Origin: Eledone cirrhosa
Lineage: Eukaryota
Assembly: GCA_964016885.1 (NCBI GenBank)
Contig: OZ024740.1
Location: 208,754,001-208,818,000 of the forward strand
Direction of reading: 5' to 3'
DNA length: 64,000 bases
The position numbers were made by a program, and so were the translations under genes. Below the pieces are notes generated by a model. It saw only the letters and a list, made by a program, of their open reading frames with translations, was not told the origin of the DNA and did no database searches. Shown here one piece after another: positions 25,701 to 39,156 of the stretch (positions within the stretch are counted from its first letter, which is position 1; every line of letters begins with the position of its first letter).

Positions 25701-28700
25701 TAGATTTAGGTGAGATTTAGCTTATAATTAGCTTAGATTTAGGTAAGATTTAGCTTATAATTAGCTTAGATTTAGCTTAGAGGTAGGTGAGATTTAGCTT
25801 ATATTTAGCTTAGATTTAGGTGAGATTTAGCTTATATTTAGCTTACGTTTAGGTAAGATTTAGCTAAGATTTAGGTGACATTTAGCTTATGTTTGCTAAG
25901 AGTTAGTTGAGATTTAGCTTAGATTTAGCTTAGATTTAGGTAAGATTTAGGTGAGATTTAGCTTATATTTAGCTTAGATTTAGGTGAGATTTAGCTTCGA
26001 TTTAGCTTAGATTTAGAATAAAATTAGCTTAGATTTAGCTTAAATTTAGGTGAGATTTAGCTTACATTTAGCTTAGATTTAGGTGTGATTTGGCTTACAT
26101 TTAGCTTAGATTTAGGTGAGACTTAACTTATATTTAGTTTATATTCAAGTGAGATTTAGCTTAGATTTAGTTGAAATTTAGCTCATATTTAGCTTATATT
26201 TAGGTGAGATTTAGCTTAGATTCAGTTTATATTTAGCCTAGATTTCGGTGAGATTTAATTCATATTGAGCTTATATTTATGTGAGATTTAGCTTAGATTT
26301 AGTTGAGATTTAGCTCATATTTAGCTTAGATTTAGGTGAGATGAAGCTTAGATTTAGTTTAGATTTAGGTGAGATTTTGCTTAGATTTAGCTTAGATTTA
26401 GGTGAGATTTAGCCCATATTTATCTTACATTTAGGAGAGATTTAGCTTTTACTTAGCTTAGATTTCGATGAGATTTAGCTTATATTTAGCTTAGATTTAG
26501 GTTAGACTTCGCTTATATTTAGCTTATATTTAGGTGACATTTAGCTCATATTTTGTTTAGATTTAGGTGAGATTTAGCTTCGATGTAGCTTAGATTTAGG
26601 TGAGATTTAACTTACATTTAGCTTACATTTAGGTGTGATTTAGCTTATATTTAGCTCATATGTAGGTGAGATTTAGCTTATATTTAGCATATATTTAGCT
26701 TATATTTAGGTGATATTTAGTTTATTTTAGCTTAGAATTAGGAGAGATTTAGGTTATATTTAGCTTAGATTTAGGTGAGATTTAGCGTATATTTAGCTTA
26801 GATTTAGGTGAGCTTTAGCTTAGATTTAGGTGACATTTAGCTTATGTTTGCTTAGATTTAGTTGAGATTTAGCTTAGATTAGCTTAGATATAGGTAAGAT
26901 TTAGCTTATAATTAGCTTAGATTTAGCTTAGAGTTAGGTGAGATTTAGCTTATATTTAGCTTAGATTTAGGTGAGATTTATCTTCGATTTAGCTTAGATT
27001 TAGGTGAGATTTAGCTTAGATTAAGGTTATTTTTAGCCTAGATTTAGGTGAGATTTAACTTATATATAGCTTATATTTAAGCTAATTAGCTTAGATTTAG
27101 CTTTGAGTTAGGTGCGATTTAGCTTAGATTTAGCTTAGATTTAGGTGAGATTTAGCTCATATTTATCTTACATTTAGGTGAGATGTAGCTTATATTTAAC
27201 TTAGATTTAGATGTGATTTCGCTTATATTTAGCTTAGATTTAGGTGAGACTTAGCTTATATTTAGCTCAGATATAGGTGAGATTTAGCTTAGATTTAGCT
27301 TAGATTTAGGTGAGATTTAGCTTATATTTCAGTGAAATTTAGCTTATATTTAGCTTAGATTTAGGTGAGATTTAGCATAGATTTAGCTTAGATTTTGGTG
27401 ATATTTAGCCTATATTTAGATTAGATTTAGGTGAGATTTAGCTTACATTTAGCTTCAATTTAGGTCAGATTTAGCCTATATTTAGCTGAGATTTAGGTGA
27501 GATTTAGCTTATATTTTGCTTAGATTAAGGTGAGATTTAGTTTAAATTTAGGTTAGACTTAGCTTAGATTTAGGTGATATTTAAGTAATATTTTGCTTAG
27601 ATCTAGGTGTGATTTATCTTAGATTTAGTTGAGATTTATGTTAGATTTAGCTTAGATATAGCTTAGATTCAGATGAGATTTAGCTTAGATTTAGCCTAGA
27701 TTTTGGTGAGATTTAACTTAGATTTAGGTAAGATTTAACTTATATTTAGCTTATATTTATGTGAGATTTAGATTATATTTAGCTTAGATTTAGGTGAGAT
27801 TTAGCTTATATTTAGCTTAGATTTAGGTGAGATTTAGCTTAGATTTAGTTTAGATTTAGGTGAGATTTAGCTTACATTTAGCTTAGATTTAGGTATGATT
27901 GAGCTTATATCTATCTTAGAGGTAGGTGAGATTTAGCTTATATTTAGCTTATATTTAAGTGAGATTTAGCTAAGATTTAGTTGAGATTTAGCTCATATTT
28001 ACCTTAGATTTAGGTGAGATTTAGCTTAGATTTAGCTTAGATTTAGGTGAGACCTAGCGTAGATTTAACTTAGATTTAGGTGAGATTTAGCTCATATTTA
28101 TCTTACATTTAGGTGAGATTTAGCTTATATTTATCTTAGATTTAGATGAGATTTAGCTTATATTTAGATTAGATTGAGGTGAGAATTAGCTTATTTTTAG
28201 CATAGATTTAGGTGAGATCTAGCTTAGATTTAGCTTAGATTTAGCTTAGATTTAGGTGAGATTTAGCTTATATTTAGATGAGATTTAGCTTATATTTAGC
28301 TTAGATTTAAGTGAGATTTAGCTTAGATTTAGCTTAGATTTAGGTGAGATTTAGCTTATATTAACTTAGATTTAGGTAAGATTTAGCTTATATTTATGTG
28401 AGATTTAGCTTATATTTAGCTTAGATTTATGTGAGATTTAGCTTAGATTTAGCTTAGATTTAGCTTAGATTTAGGGGAGATTTAGCTTATATTTAGATTA
28501 TATTTATGTGAGATTTAGCTTGGATTTAGGTGAGATTTAGCTCATATTTAGCTTAGATTTAGGTGAGATTTAGCTCATATTCAGCTTAGAATTTGGTGAG
28601 ATTTAGCTTATGTTGTGCTTAGATCTATGTGAGATTTAGCTTATACTTAGCTTAGATTTAGGTGAGATTTAGCTTAGATTTAGGTGACATTTACCCTATA

Positions 28701-31700
28701 TATGCTTAGATTTAGGTGAGAGTTAGCTTAGATTTAGCTTAGATTTAGGTGAGATTTAGCTCATAATTAGCTTAGATTTAACTTAGAGTTATGTGAGATT
28801 TAGCTTATATTTAGCTTAGATTTAGGTGAGATTTAGCTTACATTTAGCTTATATTTAGGTGAACTTTAGCCTATATTTAGCTTAGATTTAGGTGAGATTT
28901 ACCTTACATTTAGGTTAGATTAAGCTTAGATTTATGTGAGATTTAGCTTATATTTAGCTTAGATTTAGGTGTGATTTATTTTAGATTTAGTTGAGATTTA
29001 TCTTAGATTTAGCTTAGATTTAGCTTAGATTTAGGTGAGATTTAGCTTAGATTTAGCCGAAATTCAGGTGAGATTTAACTTAGATTTAGGTGAGATTTAA
29101 CTTATATTTAGTTGAGATTTATCTTAGATTTAGCTTAGATTTAACTTAGATGTAGGTTTGATATGGCTTATATTTAGCTTATATTTAGGTGAGAGTTAGC
29201 TTATATTTAGCTTAGATTTAGGTGAGATTTAGCATATATTTAGCTTAGATTTAGGTGAAATTTAGCTTAGATTTAACTTAGATTTAGGTGAGACGTAGCT
29301 TAGATTTAGCTTAGATTTCGCTTAGATTTAGGGGAGATTTAGCTTACATTTGGCTTAGATTTAGGTGACGTTGAGCTTATATTTTGCTTAGATTTAGGTG
29401 ACATTTAGCTTATATTTAGCTTAGATTTAGGTGAGATTTAGCTTAGATTTAGGTGACATTTAGCTTACGTTTGCTTAGATTTAGTTGTGATTTAGCTTAG
29501 ATTTGGCTTAGATTTAGGTAAGATTTAGCTTATAGTTAGCTTAGATTTAACTTAGAGGTAGGTGAGATTTAGCTTATATTTAGCTAAGATTTATTTGAGA
29601 TTTAGCTCATATTTACCTTAGATTTAGGTGAGATTTAGCTTAGATTTAGCTTAGATTTAGGTGAGATTTAGCTCATATTTATCTTACATTTAGGTGAGAT
29701 TTAGCTTATATTTATCTTAGATTTAGATGAGATTTAGCTTATATTTAGATTAGATTGAGGTGAGAATTAGCTTATTTTTAGCATAGATTTAGGTGAGATT
29801 TAGCTTAGATTTAGCTTAGATTTAGCTTAGATTTAGGTGAGATTTAGCTTATATTTAGATGAGATTTAGCTTATATTTAGCTTAGATTTAAGTGAGACTT
29901 AGCTTAGATTTAGCTTAGATTTAGGTGAGATTTAGCTTATATTTAGCTTAGATTTAGGTGAGATTTAGCTTAGATTTAGCTTAGATTTAGGTAAGATTTA
30001 GCTTATATTTATGTGAGATTTAGCTTATATTTAGCTTAGATTTAGGTGAGATTTAGCTTAGATTTAGCTTAGATTTAGCTTAGATTCAGGGGAGATTTAG
30101 CTTATATTTAGATTATATTTATGTGAGATTTAGCTTGGATTTAGGTGAGATTTAGCTCATATTTAGCTTAGATTTAGGTGAGATTTAGCTCATATTCAGC
30201 TTAGAATTTGGTGAGATTTAGCTTATGTTGTGCTTAGATTTATGTGAGATTTAGCTTATACTTAGCTTAGATTTAGGTGAGATTTAGCTTAGATTTAGGT
30301 GACATTTACCCTATATATGCTTAGATTTAGGTGAGATTTAGCTTAGATTTAGCTTAGATTTAGGTGAGATTTAGCTCATAATTAGCTTAGATTTAACTTA
30401 AAGTTATGTGTGATTTAGCTTATCTTTAGCTTAGATTTAGGTGAGATTTAGCTTAGATTTAACTTATATTTAGGTGAACTTTAGCCTATATTTAGCTTAG
30501 ATTTAGGTGAGATTTACCTTACATTTAGGTTAGATTAAGCTTAGATTTATGTGAGATTTAGCGTATATTTAGCTTAGATTTAGGTGTGATTTATTTTAGA
30601 TTTAGTTGAGATTTATCTTAGATTTAGCTTAGATTTAGCTTAGATTTAGGTGAGATTTAGCTTAGATTTAGCCGAAATTCAGGTGAGATTTAACTTAGAT
30701 TTAGGTGAGATTTAACTTATATTTAGTTGAGATTTATCTTAGATTTAGCTTAGATTTAACTTAGATGTAGGTTTGATATGGCTTATATTTAGCTTATATT
30801 TAGGTGAGAGTTAGCTTATATTTAGCTTAGATTTAGGTGAGATTTAGCATATATTTAGCTTAGATTTAGGTGAAATTTAGCTTAGATTTAGATTAGATTT
30901 AGGTGAGATTTAGCTTATATTTAACTTAGATTTAGGTGAGACGTAGCTTAGATTTAGCTTAGATTTCGCTTAGATTTAGGGAGATTTAGCTTACATTTGG
31001 CTTAGATTTAGGTGACATTGAGCTTATATTTTGCTTAGATTTAGGTGACATTTTGCTTATATTTAGCTTAGATTTAGGTGAGATTTAGCTTAGATTTAGG
31101 TGACATTTAGCTTATGTTTGCTTAGATTTACTTGAGATTTAGCTTAGATTTTGCTTAGATTTAGGTAAGATTTAGCTTATAATTAGCTTAGATTTTGCTT
31201 AGAGGTAGGTGAGATTTAGCTTATATTTAGCTTAGATTTAGGTGTCATTTGGCTTATATTTAGCTTAGAATTACGTGAGATTTAGCTTATATTTAGCTTA
31301 TATTTAAGTGAGATTTAGCTAAGATTTAGTTGAGATTTAGCTCATATTTACCTTAGATTTAGGTGAGATTTAGCTTAGATTTAGCTTAGATTTAGGTGAG
31401 ACCTAGCGTAGATTTAGCTTAGATTTAGGTGAGATTTAGCTCATATTCATCTTACATTTAGGTGAGATTTAGCTTATATTTAGCTGAGATTTAGATGAGA
31501 ATCAGCTTTGATTTAGATTACATTGAGGTAAGAATTAGCTTATTTTTAGCTTAGATTTAGGTGAGATTTAGCTTAGATTTAGCTTAGATTTAGGTGAGAT
31601 TTAGCTTATATTTAGATGAGATTTAGCATATATTTAGCTTAGATTTAAATGAGATTTAGCTTAGATTTAGCTTAGATTTATGTGAGATGTAGCTTATATT

Positions 31701-31776
31701 TAGCTTAGATTTAGGTGAGATTTAGCTTAGATTTAGCTTAGATTTAGGTAAGATTTAGCTTACATTTCTGTGAGAT
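16798..31776 (+). repeat. 11-bp satellite C, forward array (~15 kb) with higher-order duplications
   Basis: 11-bp period (the pattern shifts one base per 10-nt block). Monomers are GATTTAGCTTA, TATTTAGCTTA and GATTTAGGTGA, and rare variants recur at a 6140-bp offset. Confidence 0.97.
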
Positions 31777-32681
31777 GGATGGGGGGGTGGGTGGTGTCCG
31801 TTTTTTATTTGAGTGCCCCGTTTTTTATTTCCGTGCCCCGTTTTTAAATTGGGTGCCCCATTTTTTTATAGGCGGGGTCAGTTTTTTATTTGGGTGCCCC
31901 GTTTTTTATTTGGGTGCCCCTTTTTTTATTTGGGTGCCCCGTTTTTTTATGGGGGGTCATTTTTTTATTCGGGTGCCCCGTTTTTTATTTGGGTGCCCAG
32001 TTTTTTATTTGGGTACCCCGTTTTTTATTTGGCTGCCCCGTCTTTTTATGGGGGATCTGTTTTTCATTTGGGTGCAAAGATTTTTTATGGGGGGGTCCTT
32101 TTTTTATTTGGGTGACTTGTTTTCTATTTGGGTGCCCTGTTTTTTATGGGGGGAGGGGGGGGGGGTCCGTTTTTTATTTGATTGCCCCGTTTTTTATTTG
32201 GGTGCCCCGTTTTTAATTTGGGTGCCCCGTTTTTTTGTAGGGGGAGTCCGTTTTTTATTTGGGTGCCCCGTTTTTTCATGGGTGGTCCGTTTTATATTTG
32301 GGTGCCCCGTTTTTTATGAAGGGGGGTGTCCGTTTGTTATTTGGGTGCCCCATTTTTTATGGGGGGGTCCGTTTTTTATTTGGGTGCCCCGTTTTTTTAT
32401 GGGGGGTTCCGTATTTTATTTGGGTGACCCGTTTTTTATTTGGGTGCCCCGTTTTTTATTTGGGTGCCCCGTTTCTTACGGGGGGGGGGTCCGTTTTTTA
32501 TTTGGGTGCCCCGTTTTTTTATAGGGTGGGTCCTTTTTTTATTTGGGTGCCCCTTTTTTTATTTGGGTGCCCGTTTTTTATTTGGGTGCCCCGTTTTTTA
32601 TTTGGGTGCCCCGTTTTTTATGGGGGGGGGGGTCCGTTTTTTATTTGGGTGGCCCGTTTTTTTATGGGGGATCTGTTTTTT
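31777..32681 (-). repeat. Satellite A block, inverted, cassette copy 2
   Basis: tttttatttgggtgccccg units with poly-G variants; ends in gggggatctgtttttt. Confidence 0.95.
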
Positions 32682-33171
32682 ATATAAGCTAAATCTCACC
32701 TAAATGTAAGCAAAATATAAGCTAAAGGTCAAGTAAATCTAAGCTAAATCTATGCTAAATCTAAGCTAAATCTCACCTAAATCTAAGCTAAATCTAAGCT
32801 AAAGCTGACCTAAATCTAAGCTAAATATAAGCTAAATCTCGTCTAAATCTAAGCTAAATATAAGCGAAATCTCACCTAAATCTAAGCTAAATCTCACCTA
32901 AATCTCACCTAAATTTAAGCTAAATGTAAGCGAAATCTCACATAAATCTAAGCTAAATATAGGCTAAATCTCACCTAAATCTCACCTAAATCTAAGTTAA
33001 ATGTCACCTAAATCTAGGCTAAATCTAAGCTAAATCTCACCTAAATCTAAGCTAAATCTAATCTAAATCTAAGATAAATCTCACCGAAATCTAAGATAAA
33101 TCACACCTAAATCTAAGCTAAATATAAGCTAAATCTCACCTAAATCTAAGCTAAATCTCACATAAATATTT
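32682..33171 (-). repeat. 11-bp satellite C, inverted, cassette copy 2
   Basis: ctaaatctaag/ctaaatctcac units ending at ctcacataaatattt. Confidence 0.95.
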
Positions 33172-33178
33172 CTAAATA

Positions 33179-34860
33179 AATTTAGCTTAGATTTAGGTGA
33201 GATTTAGATTAGATTTAGCTTAGATTTCGCTTTGATTTAGGGGAGATTTAGCTTATATTTAGCTTAGATTTAGGTGATATTTAGCTTATATTTTGATTAG
33301 ATTTAGGTGAGATATAGCCTCGATTTACCTTAGATTTAGGTGAGATTTAGCTTATATTTAGCTTATATTTAAGTGAGATTTAGCTTAGATTTAGTTGAGA
33401 TTTAGCTCATATTTAGCTTAGATTTAGGTTAGATTTAGCTTCGATTTTGCTTAGATTTAGGTGAGATTTAGCTTACATTTAGCTTAGTTTTATCTGGGAA
33501 TTAGCTTATATTTAGCTCATAATCAGGTAAGATTTAGCTTATATTTAGCTTATATTTAGCTTATATTTAGGTGAGATTCAGTTTATTTTAGCTTAGAATT
33601 AGGTGAGATTTAGGTTATATTTAGCTTACATTTAGGTGAGATTTAGCTTATATTTAGCTTAGATTTAGGTGAGATTTAGCTTAGATTTAGGTGACATTTA
33701 GCTTATGTTTGCTTAGATTTAGTTGAGATTTAGCTTAGATTTAGCTTAGATATAGGTAAGATTTAGCTTATAATTAGCTTAGATTTAGCTTAGACTTAGG
33801 TGAGATTTAGCTCATATTTAGCTTTGATTTAGGTGAGATTTATCTTCGATTAAGGTTCTATTTAGCCTAGATTTAGGTGAGATTTAACTTATATATAGCT
33901 TATATTTAAGCTTTAGCTCTTAATTAGCTTAGATTTAGCTTAGAGTTAGGTGCGATTTAGCTTAGATTTAGGTGAGATTTATCTCATATTTATTTCACAT
34001 TTAGGTGAGATGTAGCTTATATTTAACTTAGATTTAGATGTGATTTAGCTTATATTTAGCTTAGATTTAGGTGAGACTTAGCCTATATTTAGCTTAGATT
34101 TAGGTGAGATTTAGCTTATATTTAGCTTACATTTAGATGAGATTTAGCTTATATTTAGCTTAGATTTTGGTTAGATTAAGCGTAGATTTAGGTGAGATTT
34201 AGCTAATATTTTGCTTAGATCTAGGTGTGATTTATCTTAGATTTAGTTGAGATTTATCTTAGATTTAGCTTAGATTTAGCTTAGATTTAGGTGAGATTTA
34301 GCTTAGATTTAGCCTAGATTTAGGTGAGATTTAACTTAGATTTAGGTAATATTTAACTTATATTTAGCTTATATTTATGTGAGATTTAGCTTAGATTTAT
34401 GTGAGATTTTGGTGTTTTTTGGCTTATATATAGCTTAGATTTAGGTGAGACAGCTTATATTTATCTTAGATTTAGGTGAGATTTAGCTTAGATTTAGCTT
34501 AGATTTAGGTGAGATTTAGCTTATATTTAGGTGAGATTTAGCTTATATTTAGCTTAGATTTAGGTGAGATTTAGCTTATATTTAGCTTAGATTTAGGTAA
34601 GACTTAGTTTAGATTTAGGTGACATTTAGCCTATATTTGCTTAGATTTAGGTGAGATTTAGCTTAGATTTAGCTTAGATTTAGGTGAAATTTAGCTTATA
34701 ATTAGCTTAGATTTAGCTTAGAGTTAGGCGAGATTTAGCTTATATTTAGCTTAGATTTAGGTGAGATTTAGCTTAGATTTAGGTTAGATTTAGCTTCGAT
34801 TTAGGTGAGACTTAGCTTATATTTAGCTTAGATTTAGGTGAGATTTAGCTTAGAACTAGC
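33179..34860 (+). repeat. 11-bp satellite C, forward (~1.7 kb)
   Basis: Starts with the same variant string as the other cassette copies (gatttagattagattt.gcttagatttcg). Confidence 0.95.
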
Positions 34861-35899
34861 TTTTTTGTTTGGGTGCCCCATTTTTTTATGGGGGGGGGGG
34901 GGGGGGCGTTTTTTATTCGGGTGCCCCGTTTTTATTTGGGTGCCCCGTTTTATCATGGGGGATCTGTTTTTTATATGGGTGCCCCGTTTTTTTATGGGGG
35001 GGGGGGTCCGTTTTTTATTTGAGTGCCCCTTTTTTACTTGTGTGCCCCGTTTTTAATTTGGGTACCCCGTTTTTTTATAGGCGGGGTCAGTTTTTTATTT
35101 GGGTGCCCCGTTTTTTATTTGGGTGCCCCGTTTTTTTTATGGGGGTCATTTTTTTTTATTTGGGTGCCCCGTTTTTTATTTGGGTGCCCTATTTTTTATT
35201 TGGGTGCCCCGTCTTTTTATGGGGGATCTGTTTTTCATTTGGGTGCCAAAATTTTTCATGGGGGGGTCCGTTTTTTATTTGGGTGCCTTGTTTTCTATTT
35301 GGGTGCCCCGTTTTATTATGGGGGGGGGTCCGTTTTTTATATAAGTGCCCCGTCTTTTATTTGGGGGCCCCGTTTTTAATTTGGGTGCCCCGTTTTTTTA
35401 TAGGGGGAGTCCGTTTTTTATTTGGGTGCCCCGTTCTTTATTTGGGTGCCCCGTTATTTTATGGGCGGTCCGTTTTTTATTTGGGTGCCCCATTTTTTAT
35501 GGGGGGGGGGTCCGTCTTTTATTTGGGTGCCCCATTTTTTATTTGGGTGCCTCGTTTTTTTATGGGGGGTTCCGTATTTTATTTGGGTGCCCCGTCTTTT
35601 ATTTGGGTGCCCCGTTTTTTATTGGGCGGGGGGGGGGGGGGGTCCGTTTTTTATTTGGGTGCCCCGTTTTTTTATGGAGGGGGGTCCGTTTTTTTATATG
35701 GGTGCCCCTTTTTTTATTTGGGTGCCCGTTTTTTATTTGGGTGCCCCGTTCTTTATTTGGGTGCCTCGTTTTTTATGGGGGGGTCCGTTTTTTATTTGGG
35801 TGCCCCGTTTTTTTTTATGGGGGGGGGGGGGGGCGATTTTTATTTGGGTGCCCCGTTTTTATTTGGGTGCCCCGTTCTTTTATGGGGGATCTGTTTTTT
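34861..35899 (-). repeat. Satellite A block, inverted, cassette copy 3
   Basis: 20-mer reverse-complement units with G15-G17 runs. Confidence 0.95.
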
Positions 35900-36400
35900 A
35901 TATAAGCTAAATCTCACCTAAATTTAAGCAAAATATAATCTAAAGGTCAACTAAATCTAAGCTAAATCTCACCTAAATCTAAGTTAAATATAAGCTAAAT
36001 CTCACCTAAATCTAAGCTAAATCTAAGCTAAAGCTCACCTAAATCTAAGCTAAATATAAGCTAAGTCTCGTCTAAATCTAAGCTAAATATAAGCTAAATC
36101 TCACCTATATCTAAGCTAAATCTCACCTAAATCTCACATAAATTTAAGCTAAATGTAAGCTAAATCTCACCTAAATCTAAGCTAAATATAGGCTAAAGCT
36201 CACCTAAATCTCACCTAAATCTAAGTTAAATGTCACCTAAATCTAGGCTACATCTAAGCTAAATCTCACCTAAATCTAAGCTAAATCTAAGCTAAATCCA
36301 AGATAAATCTCACCGAAATCTAAGATAAATCACACCTAAATCTAAGCTAAATATAAGCTAAATCTCACCTAAATCTAAGCTAAATCTCACATAAATATTT
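35900..36400 (-). repeat. 11-bp satellite C, inverted, cassette copy 3
   Basis: Same start and end junction strings as copies 1, 2 and 4. Confidence 0.95.
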
Positions 36401-36407
36401 CTAAATA

Positions 36408-37742
36408 AATTTAGCTTAGATTTAGGTGAGATTTAGATTAGATTTAGCTTAGATTTCGCTTTGATTTAGGGGAGATTTAGCTTATATTTAGCTTAGATTT
36501 AGGTGATATTTAGCTTATATTTTGATTAGATTTAGGGGAGATATAGCCTCGATTTACCTTAGATTTAGGTGAGATTTAGCTTATATTTAGCTTATATTTA
36601 AGTGAGATTTAGCTTAGATTTAGTTGACATTTAGCTCATATTTAGCTTAGATTTAGGTGATATTTAGGTTATATTTAGCTTAGATTTAGGTGAGATTTAG
36701 CTTATATTTAGCTTAGATTTAGTTGAGATTTAGCTCACATTTAGCTTAGATTTAGGTGAGATTTAGCTTCGATATTGCTTAGATTTAAGTGAGATTTAGC
36801 TTACATTTAGCTTCGATTTAAGTGTGATTTAGCTTATATTTAGCTCATAATTAGGTGAGATTTAGCTTATATTTAACTTATATTTAGCTTATATTTAGGT
36901 GAGATTCAGTTTATTTTAGCTTAGAAATAGGTGAGATTTAGGTTATATTTAGCTTAGATTTAGGTGAGATTTAGCTTATATTTAGCTTAGATTTAGGTGA
37001 GATTTAGCTTATATTTAGCTTACATTTAGATGAGATTTAGCTTATATTTAACTTAGATTTTGGTTAGATTTAGCGTAGATTTAGGTGAGATTTAGCTAAT
37101 ATTTTGCTTAGATCTAGGTGTGATTTATCTTAGATTTAGTTGAGATTTATCTTAGATTTAGCTTAGATTTAGCTTAGATTTAGGTGAGATTTAGCTTAGA
37201 TTTAGCCTAGATTTAGGTGAGATTTAACTTAGATTTAGGTAAGATTTAACTTATATTTAGCTTATATTTATGTGAGATTTAGCTTAGATTTATGTGAGAT
37301 TTTGGTGTTTTTTGGCTTATATATAGCTTAGATTTAGGTGAGACAGCTTATATTTATCTTAGATTTAGGTGAGATTTAGCTTAGATTTAGCTTAGATTTA
37401 GGTGAGATTTAGCTTATATTTAGGTGAGATTTAGCTTATATTTAGCTTAGATTTAGGTGAGATTTAGCTTATATTTAGCTTAGATTTAGGTAAGACTTAG
37501 TTTAGATTTAGGTGACATTTAGCCTATATTTGCTTAGATTTAGGTGAGATTTAGCTTAGATTTAGCTTAGATTTAGGTGAAATTTAGCTTATAATTAGCT
37601 TAGATTTAGCTTAGAGTTAGGCGAGATTTAGCTTATATTTAGGTGAGATTTAGCTTAGATTTAGGTTAGATTTAGCTTCGATTTAGGTGAGACTTAGCTT
37701 ATATTTAGCTTAGATTTAGGTGAGATTTAGCTTAGATCTAGC
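36408..37742 (+). repeat. 11-bp satellite C, forward (~1.3 kb)
   Basis: Shares diagnostic variants with 33179-34860 (ggtgttttttggcttatatatagc, gtgagacagc, gagttaggcgag). Confidence 0.95.
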
Positions 37743-38747
37743 TTTTCTGTTTGGGTGCCCCATTTTTTTATGGGGGGGGGGGGGCGTTTTTTATTCGGGT
37801 GCCCCGTTTTTTATTTGGGTGCCCCGTTTTATCATGGGGGATCTGTTTTTTATATGGGTGCCCTGTTTTTTTATGGGGGGGGGGGGGTCCGTTTTTTATT
37901 TGAGTGCCCCGTTTTTTACTTGTGTGCCCCGTTTTTAATTTGGGTGCCCCGTTTTTTTATAGGCGGGGTCAGTTTTTTATTTGGGTGACCCGTTTTTTAT
38001 TTGGGTGCCCCGTTTTTTTTATGGGGGTCATTTTTTTTATTTGGGTGCCCCGTTTTTTATTTGGGTGCCCTATTTTTTATTTGGGTGCCCCGTCTTTTTA
38101 TGGGGGATCTGTTTTTCATTTGGGTGCCAAAATTTTTCATGGGGGGGTCCGTTTTTTATTTGGGTGCCTTGTTTTCTATTTGGGTGCCCCGTTTTTTTAT
38201 GGGGGGGGGGGGGTCCGTTTTTTATATAAGTGCCCCGTCTTTTATTTGGGGGCGCCGTTTTTAATTTGGGTGCCCCGTTTTTTTATAGGGGGAGGCCGTT
38301 TTTTATTTGGGTGCCCCGTTCTTTATTTGGGTGCCCCGTTATTTTATGGGTGGTCCGTTTTTTATTTGGGTGCCCCATTTTTTATGGGGGGGGGGTCCGT
38401 CTTTTATTTGGGTGCCCCATTTTTTATTTGGGTGCCTCGTTTTTTTATGGGGGGTTCCGTATTTTATTTGGGTGCCCCGTTTTTTATTGGGGGGGTTCCG
38501 TTTTTTATTTGGGTGCCCCGTTTTTTTATGGAGGGGAGTCCGTTTTTTTATATGGGTGCCCCTTTTTTTATTTGGGTGCCCGTTTTTTATTTGGGTGCCC
38601 CGTTTTTTATTTGGGTGCCCCGTTTTTTATGGGGGGGTCCGTTTTTTATTTGGGTGCCCCGTTTTTTTATGGGGGGGGGGGCGATTTTTATTTGGGTGCC
38701 CCGTTTTTATTTGGGTGCCCCGTTCTTTTATGGGGGATCTGTTTTTT
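37743..38747 (-). repeat. Satellite A block, inverted, cassette copy 4
   Basis: Nearly colinear with copy 3; shares tttatcatgggggatctg, ggcggggtcag, gccaaaatttttcatg and tatataagtgcccc. Confidence 0.95.
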
Positions 38748-39149
38748 ATATAAGCTAAATCTCACCTAAATTTAAGCAAAATATAATCTAAAGGTCAACT
38801 AAATCTAAGCTAAATCTCGTCTAAATCTAAGCTAAATATAAGCTAAATCTCACCTATATCTAAGCTAAATCTCACCTAAATCTCACATAAATTTAAGCTA
38901 AATGTAAGCTAAATCTCACCTAAATCTAAGCTAAATATAGGCTAAAGCTCACCTAAATCTCACCTAAATCTAAGTTAAATGTCACCTAAATCTAGGCTAA
39001 ATCTAAGCTAAATCTCACCTAAATCTAAGCTAAATCTAAGCTAAATCCAAGATAAATCTCACCGAAATCTAAGATAAATCACACCTAAATCTAAGCTAAA
39101 TATAAGCTAAATCTCACCTAAATCTAAGCTAAATCTCACATAAATATTT
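38748..39149 (-). repeat. 11-bp satellite C, inverted, cassette copy 4
   Basis: Same junctions as the other copies; about 100 bp shorter than copy 3. Confidence 0.95.
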
Positions 39150-39156
39150 CTAAATA

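Noticed and set aside
15467-38769. Plus-strand ORFs in the four inverted blocks sharing the C-terminus GICFLYKLNLT, suggestive of a gene family
   Set aside because: The shared end is just the conserved satellite junction. Upstream frames are not conserved between copies because homopolymer lengths shift them.
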